Shown: positions 45,100 to 49,788 of the stretch, piece after piece | Position numbering within the stretch: the first letter of the stretch is position 1 | How the letters are laid out: each line of letters begins with the position of its first letter | DNA from: an uncultured Bacillota bacterium | GTDB lineage: Bacteria > Bacillota > Clostridia > Christensenellales > Borkfalkiaceae | Reading direction: 5' to 3' | Assembly (NCBI GenBank): GCA_949292885.1 | Contig: CASFBD010000001.1 | Span: 18,200 to 67,987, forward strand | DNA length: 49,788 nt | Notes under the pieces: generated by a model | Database searches by the model: none | What the model saw: the letters and a program-made list of their open reading frames with translations, nothing else | What the model was told of the DNA's origin: nothing | Position numbers and translations under genes: made by a program

Positions 45100-46740
45100 T
45101 CAATCCATATAATCATAAAGCCCGTTGAAATATTGCTCTGCCGTAACGTCCCTGTACAACATGGCGTTTGCAAAGTTTGTTTCTTCTACTTCTCCTACGA
45201 GCGAATACCTTTCGATAAAAGCATTGTATCCGCTTCCCCTGACAAACGTTTCTACGTCATCCGTTTCGAATCTGGCGTACACAATATCGGAGTTCTGCTG
45301 CAAATTCCATACCGAACGGCAAAAATAAGTCATCTCTGAAAGTTCTTTTTCCGTAAGCTCGTAATCGAGCGCACAAGTGATCCCCGTTGTCTTTGTGATT
45401 TCTTTGAGCGATTGCTCGGTGCAGGCAAACTGCACAAACGTCTTCGCCGCCTCTATTTTGCTCTCTTCTATGTTTCCGCGGATCACCACGACGTTTGCCA
45501 CGCCGTCGCGCAGCACGTTTTTCCCCAGACGGCTTTCATCCGCTTTCGGCATGGGCATAAACCCGAAACGGCGGTTGTATTTTGAATATTTTTCATTGAT
45601 GCTTACCATATCGTTGAACACGTCTTCCGCTTCGTTTTCCCACCAAGTCCCTTCAAGGATCATAGCGATCTTATCGGTATCCATCGTGCTTTCCAAAAAA
45701 TCTGCCTGCGCCAGCAGGTTGGATTCCGAATCATCAAACGATAAGTTATCGTAATACTGACCGTCTATCAGCTGCTCCCAAAACTTCAGCGCGTAGTACC
45801 TGCCCGGCTGTTTTGCAAGCTCTTTATAGTTCTGACGGGATATTTCCACATTTTCCTGAATCACCGGCTGCCCGTTTTCAAATCCCGTGATGAGGTCTGT
45901 CGTATTCTTCCCGGCGATCTCCCCCGCATTGTACTGCAGAGAGGCCCTGTCCTTTCCTTCATAGTCCACAAAAAGTGCCTCATAAAGATAGGACGTATAC
46001 GCCTGCGTATACTGACCCGTCCAGATAAAGGGCGTGATCCCTTTTGTGTTTTTCATGAAATCGCACATTTCAAAAAATTCTTCATACGTTGCGGGAAGTC
46101 CGTCGTCGTACGTTCCTTCCTTTCCGTCCGGCCCCGCAGAAATATCCGGATCGTCCAATTTTGCGCCTGCCGTCCCGTCCTTTCTCAGATACAAGCCCTT
46201 GGAATCAAACAGATCGACGTCGTACACGATCCCTGTAAATCCGCTGAAATACGGGACCGCATAATATTTGCCGTTAAAATTGAAATAATCTTTTTCGTCG
46301 CTTTGAATTTTGTCTTCGATCGTCCCCGTATCCCCCATTTCGTCAAGAGGTTGGGTAACGATGTCAGTAATATCGAGAAGCGCAGAGCTGTCTTCGTTGA
46401 CAAACGAATAGAGCGACATATAATTTGCAAAAATTACGTCTCGGTCCGAGCTGGTGATGGTCGTTTCAAGCTGATCGCCCGCATATTTGGTCTTATCCGT
46501 ATCTTTCCAGACCTGAATACCGACTTTGCCCGGTTCGAAAGAATAATCTTTGTACTCTTCTTCAAACCTTGCGATCAGATTGCTCAGCCATTCCTCACCG
46601 AAACCGCCGCCGCAGTTCCCTACGTACAACTGCGTTTTTGTGGAATCCACTTCTTCCTCTTCCTTGTTACATCCCACAGCGGAGAACAAAGTTCCCAACA
46701 ATAGTACAGAGATCAATACGGACAATATTTTTTTCATCAT
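45100..46740 (-). CDS. ABC transporter substrate-binding lipoprotein
   Basis: AAGGAG RBS before ATG 46740, lipobox AVGC, GGFGEEW, NGKYYAVP, AMILEGTWWENE, AAKTFVQF. Confidence 0.9.
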   Translation of the reverse strand: MMKKILSVLISVLLLGTLFSAVGCNKEEEEVDSTKTQLYVGNCGGGFGEEWLSNLIARFEEEYKDYSFEPGKVGIQVWKDTDKTKYAGDQLETTITSSDRDVIFANYMSLYSFVNEDSSALLDITDIVTQPLDEMGDTGTIEDKIQSDEKDYFNFNGKYYAVPYFSGFTGIVYDVDLFDSKGLYLRKDGTAGAKLDDPDISAGPDGKEGTYDDGLPATYEEFFEMCDFMKNTKGITPFIWTGQYTQAYTSYLYEALFVDYEGKDRASLQYNAGEIAGKNTTDLITGFENGQPVIQENVEISRQNYKELAKQPGRYYALKFWEQLIDGQYYDNLSFDDSESNLLAQADFLESTMDTDKIAMILEGTWWENEAEDVFNDMVSINEKYSKYNRRFGFMPMPKADESRLGKNVLRDGVANVVVIRGNIEESKIEAAKTFVQFACTEQSLKEITKTTGITCALDYELTEKELSEMTYFCRSVWNLQQNSDIVYARFETDDVETFVRGSGYNAFIERYSLVGEVEETNFANAMLYRDVTAEQYFNGLYDYMD

Positions 46741-46762
46741 TTTCTCCTTTCTTCTTTTATTT

Positions 46763-48391
46763 TCAATCGGTCTCTCTTTCAAAAAAACCTTTAAGAGATA
46801 CAGGATTTTTTGCTTTTTCCCCGATTTCTCCGAGCAAAAGCTTTACCGCCGCCTGCTGTGATGTCGTTGCGTTTGAAAACGCATTCACATATGTCTTTAA
46901 AAACGGAAGTTCATACAGTTTGTACGGATCTCCGAATGAAATAAAAACGAGGTTCGGATGTTCCAGTATGTAGGCACGCCAAAAAATCATGATGCCGTCG
47001 TCCCAACCGATTCTCAGATCGCCGCCCCGCCAATCCGTACTGCTGATCTTACTGTTGACTATGATCGCTTTATAATCATCTTTTATTTCTGCGATTTTAT
47101 AGTGCGTTATTCTGTGATAAACGTCTGTCTCGATCCCTCTATCCTTTAATTCATTGATAAAATCGAGCAGCTGGACATTCGTGTCGTCGGTGCATTTGAA
47201 GGCGTCTTTATATAAATTGATGATGAGTACTTTGTCGCCTTTTTTTAAATGCAACGGAAGGATCCCGTTGACGTCGCGCACGATCTTAACGCTTTTTTCC
47301 GCTATTTTCATCGAGATCTCTTTCAGTTCGGAAACAGAAGATTCCAGATCGATCTCGTCTTCTATTTTTTTCTGATCTTCGAACAAACGGGCTTTCTCTT
47401 TCAGTTCGAGCACTGAGGTGACCGCTTCCATGACCCTTTCTCTCTTCAGCGTACCATCCTTTAAAGCCGCCATAAGGTTGTTCAGATCGTTTTTTTCGGG
47501 GAAAAGAACAATATCTCCGCCCGCCTGTATAAATTTCGGCGCAAGCTCTCTCAGTTTTACCCTCGACGCCGAACCGACCATGCTCATCGCGTCCGATATC
47601 ACGCACCCGCGGAACCCGAGTTTTTCTTTCAGGAGCCCGGTCAGCAGCGGATAACTTAAAACGCTCGGCAAAGGCCCGAACACCGGATCCACATTGTCCT
47701 CATCATAAGCGGGCAATGCAATGTGAGCCGCCATAATTGCAGAAACACCTTCATCGATCAAGCCCTGATAGACCAATCCGAAAGTTTTGTCCCATTCTTC
47801 CTTGGAAAGACTGTTTACCGTCGTACAGAAATGCTGGTTCCTGTCGTCCACCCCGTCTCCGGGAAAATGTTTCGCCGTTGCCATCAGATAGCCGTTTTTC
47901 TGCATTCCCCGCGCAAAAGCGCCGCCTATTTTTAACACTTCCTTCGCACTGTCGGACGGACATCTGATATTGACAAGGGGATTGTTTTTATTCAGATTTA
48001 CATCGACAACGGGTGACAGCGAAAGATGCACGCCCAGCTTCCTCGCTATTTTTCCGGTCAGTTCACCCGCTCTTTCCACAAGCGATTCATCGTCGCACGC
48101 ACCCCAAGCCATCGGATTCGGCAATTCGACATCGCAATCCTTGAATACACCGGCAGGGCCGTGTTCCACGTCCGCTACGACCAACACAGGATACTTTGTA
48201 ACGGAATTCGCAATTTCAGTGATCTCTTTGATTTTCTTGCTCTCAAAATTGTTTACATAAATCGCACCGGGTTTGTTTTCTTTGATGATGCTGATGATCT
48301 CATCCATGTCTTTACATCCGGAAATTTCCAGGCATAAAAGCTGCCCCAGCAATTCTTTGTCAGTCAAATTCTCCAAGCCGAAATTTTTCAT
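46763..48391 (-). CDS. GH3 beta-N-acetylhexosaminidase/beta-glycosidase (Nag3-like)
   Basis: Likely start ATG 48391. Motifs LVVADVEHG, SPVVD, KHFPGDGVDDRNQH, GCVISDAM, SFGDPY. Confidence 0.9.
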   Translation of the reverse strand: MKNFGLENLTDKELLGQLLCLEISGCKDMDEIISIIKENKPGAIYVNNFESKKIKEITEIANSVTKYPVLVVADVEHGPAGVFKDCDVELPNPMAWGACDDESLVERAGELTGKIARKLGVHLSLSPVVDVNLNKNNPLVNIRCPSDSAKEVLKIGGAFARGMQKNGYLMATAKHFPGDGVDDRNQHFCTTVNSLSKEEWDKTFGLVYQGLIDEGVSAIMAAHIALPAYDEDNVDPVFGPLPSVLSYPLLTGLLKEKLGFRGCVISDAMSMVGSASRVKLRELAPKFIQAGGDIVLFPEKNDLNNLMAALKDGTLKRERVMEAVTSVLELKEKARLFEDQKKIEDEIDLESSVSELKEISMKIAEKSVKIVRDVNGILPLHLKKGDKVLIINLYKDAFKCTDDTNVQLLDFINELKDRGIETDVYHRITHYKIAEIKDDYKAIIVNSKISSTDWRGGDLRIGWDDGIMIFWRAYILEHPNLVFISFGDPYKLYELPFLKTYVNAFSNATTSQQAAVKLLLGEIGEKAKNPVSLKGFFERETD

Positions 48392-48535
48392 AAAGTCCCT
48401 CAAGTTTTCGTTCTCATATTCATTATAATTCACAAATATACTGCTTTTCTTCTTAATTTTAATACACTTTACTTTCAAAATTCGCTTTTTATGGCGCCTA
48501 TTCCGAGTGTTTTACTGTCAGTTTTTAAAATTTAC

Positions 48536-48564
48536 TTGATATTTTAGAACTTTGTGTTTATAAT
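48536..48564 (+). promoter_or_regulatory. sigmaA promoter of the AraC gene (predicts a leaderless mRNA)
   Basis: TTGATA-N17-TATAAT, 6 nt before ATG 48571, with no Shine-Dalgarno sequence. Confidence 0.7.
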
Positions 48565-48570
48565 AAAATC

Positions 48571-49386
48571 ATGAAAACTATATCCGAGGAACTGTTTGAA
48601 TACGCGAGAGACGTAAACGATCTTCCGATGTTGTCCGCGCCCAACAACCAAAACAACATTGCAGACCATTTTCATCGGCAGATGGAGATCCTGTACGTAA
48701 CGCAGGGACACGTACAGGTCAAAATCAACGACGTGACAAAAATTCTGTCAAAAGACCAGGTTGCGATATCCGACTCTTACGACATCCATTCCCTCGTAAC
48801 ATTGGAACCGGAAAAAACGCTTTCCATAGATCTGATCATTCCCTATACCGCCATGACGGAATATCTTGCGGAAAAACAATCTCTCTCCCTGAAAAACAAT
48901 TTTATTACCGATAAAGACACTGTTGCCAAAATCAAATCTTTTATCGATCTGCTGTACGTCTATTGGACGCCGACGATAAACAATATCACAAATCACATAT
49001 GCCAGGCCCTTCTTGCAATGATTTCAAAAGAGATCGGCTTTTGTTCGGTACAAAACAACTGCAAACAACTGTTACAATCGGAAATACTTCAATTTATTGC
49101 AGACAATTTTCTTCATGATCTGACGATAGAGACAGTCGCGGCGAAATTCGGTTACAGCAAATATTATTTTTCAAAGATCTTTTTCCGCTCTTTCAAGACG
49201 ACTTTTAACGACTACATCAAAATTCTGAAAGTACAACGCGCGATTAAGCTTCTCCAAACCGAGAGAATTTCCGTGCTCGAAGCGGCCACCCGCGCGGGAT
49301 TCAATTCGGAAGCAACTTTTTATCGGTTTATCAAAAAAAATCTTCATTGCAGCCCGAAACAGCTTGCACTTCAGCCTCTTATATGA
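48571..49386 (+). CDS. AraC-family transcriptional regulator
   Basis: Cupin HFHRQMEILYV and HTH VAAKFGYSKYYFSKIF...AGFNSEATFYR. Confidence 0.93.
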   Translation: MKTISEELFEYARDVNDLPMLSAPNNQNNIADHFHRQMEILYVTQGHVQVKINDVTKILSKDQVAISDSYDIHSLVTLEPEKTLSIDLIIPYTAMTEYLAEKQSLSLKNNFITDKDTVAKIKSFIDLLYVYWTPTINNITNHICQALLAMISKEIGFCSVQNNCKQLLQSEILQFIADNFLHDLTIETVAAKFGYSKYYFSKIFFRSFKTTFNDYIKILKVQRAIKLLQTERISVLEAATRAGFNSEATFYRFIKKNLHCSPKQLALQPLI

Positions 49387-49402
49387 CATTTTTCTGAGTA
49401 TA

Positions 49403-49438
49403 AATAACGCGCCTCCATAACAACGGGGGCGCGTTATT
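49403..49438. terminator. Bidirectional terminator
   Basis: AATAACGCGCCTCC-N8-GGGGGCGCGTTATT between convergent genes. Confidence 0.8.
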
Positions 49439-49448
49439 GTTATGCTTT

Positions 49449-49788
49449 TTACAGATATTTCGGCAGCCAGTCCTTATGTGCCTCAAACAAATCGTCGCAA
49501 AGACTTTTTATATCGTCCAAAGACAGCTCCGCCGACGTATGCGGATCAAGATACGCCGCCATGTAAACAAGTTCTTTTTTCCTTGCTTTCGCGGCTTTTA
49601 CGGTCATGTTCTGCACGTTGATATTAGTTCTGTTGAGCGCGGCGAGCTGTTCGGGCAGTTCTCCGACATAACAAGGGGTGACGCCGTTTCTGTCGACCAG
49701 ACATTTCACTTCCACGCAGGCATCCTGCGGTAAATTTGTGATCAGCCCTTTATTTAAAACATTTCCGTGGATTTCATACGGAACATTG
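49449..49788 (-). CDS. melA: GH4 alpha-galactosidase, C-terminal part (start outside window)
   Basis: Frame is open to the window edge: IHGNVLNKGLITNLPQDACVEVKCLVDRNG...AAYLDPHT, typical of the MelA/GH4 C-terminus. Confidence 0.85.
   Translation of the reverse strand, partial: NVPYEIHGNVLNKGLITNLPQDACVEVKCLVDRNGVTPCYVGELPEQLAALNRTNINVQNMTVKAAKARKKELVYMAAYLDPHTSAELSLDDIKSLCDDLFEAHKDWLPKYL

Overview
About 50 kb of roughly 50% GC DNA, most likely from an anaerobic Bacillota/Clostridia genome (inferred from AGGAGG ribosome-binding sites, sigmaA-type promoters, lipoprotein substrate-binding proteins and Gram-positive CAZyme sets). It is almost entirely three consecutive Gram-positive carbohydrate-utilisation loci on the minus strand. 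(A) 1-13.7 kb: an in-frame chimera of half an SDR and a DUF4838 protein (missed by the ORF track), an AraC regulator, a frameshifted beta-phosphoglucomutase, an esterase, a Nag3/BglP-type GH3, a CUT2 sugar ABC transporter and a divergent AraC-GH39 fusion. (B) 14.0-31.7 kb: an alpha-mannan locus (GH76, GH125, GH38, CUT1 ABC, GntR/AraR-type repressor, a 1008-aa repeat surface protein). It contains four divergent URO-D/MtaA-fold paralogues with no corrinoid or tetrapyrrole genes, which is the best candidate for an undescribed system. (C) 33.7-49.4 kb: a HexNAc-type locus (GH3, CUT1 ABC, two large Ig-rich surface proteins, a DUF4838 lipoprotein, GH20, divergent AraC). An AT-rich junction at 31.8-33.7 kb holds an AraC pseudogene and a REP-like nested palindrome. 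The 3' end of a GH4 alpha-galactosidase closes the window. No rRNA, tRNA, CRISPR array or transposase was seen. All family calls come from motif recognition, not database searches.
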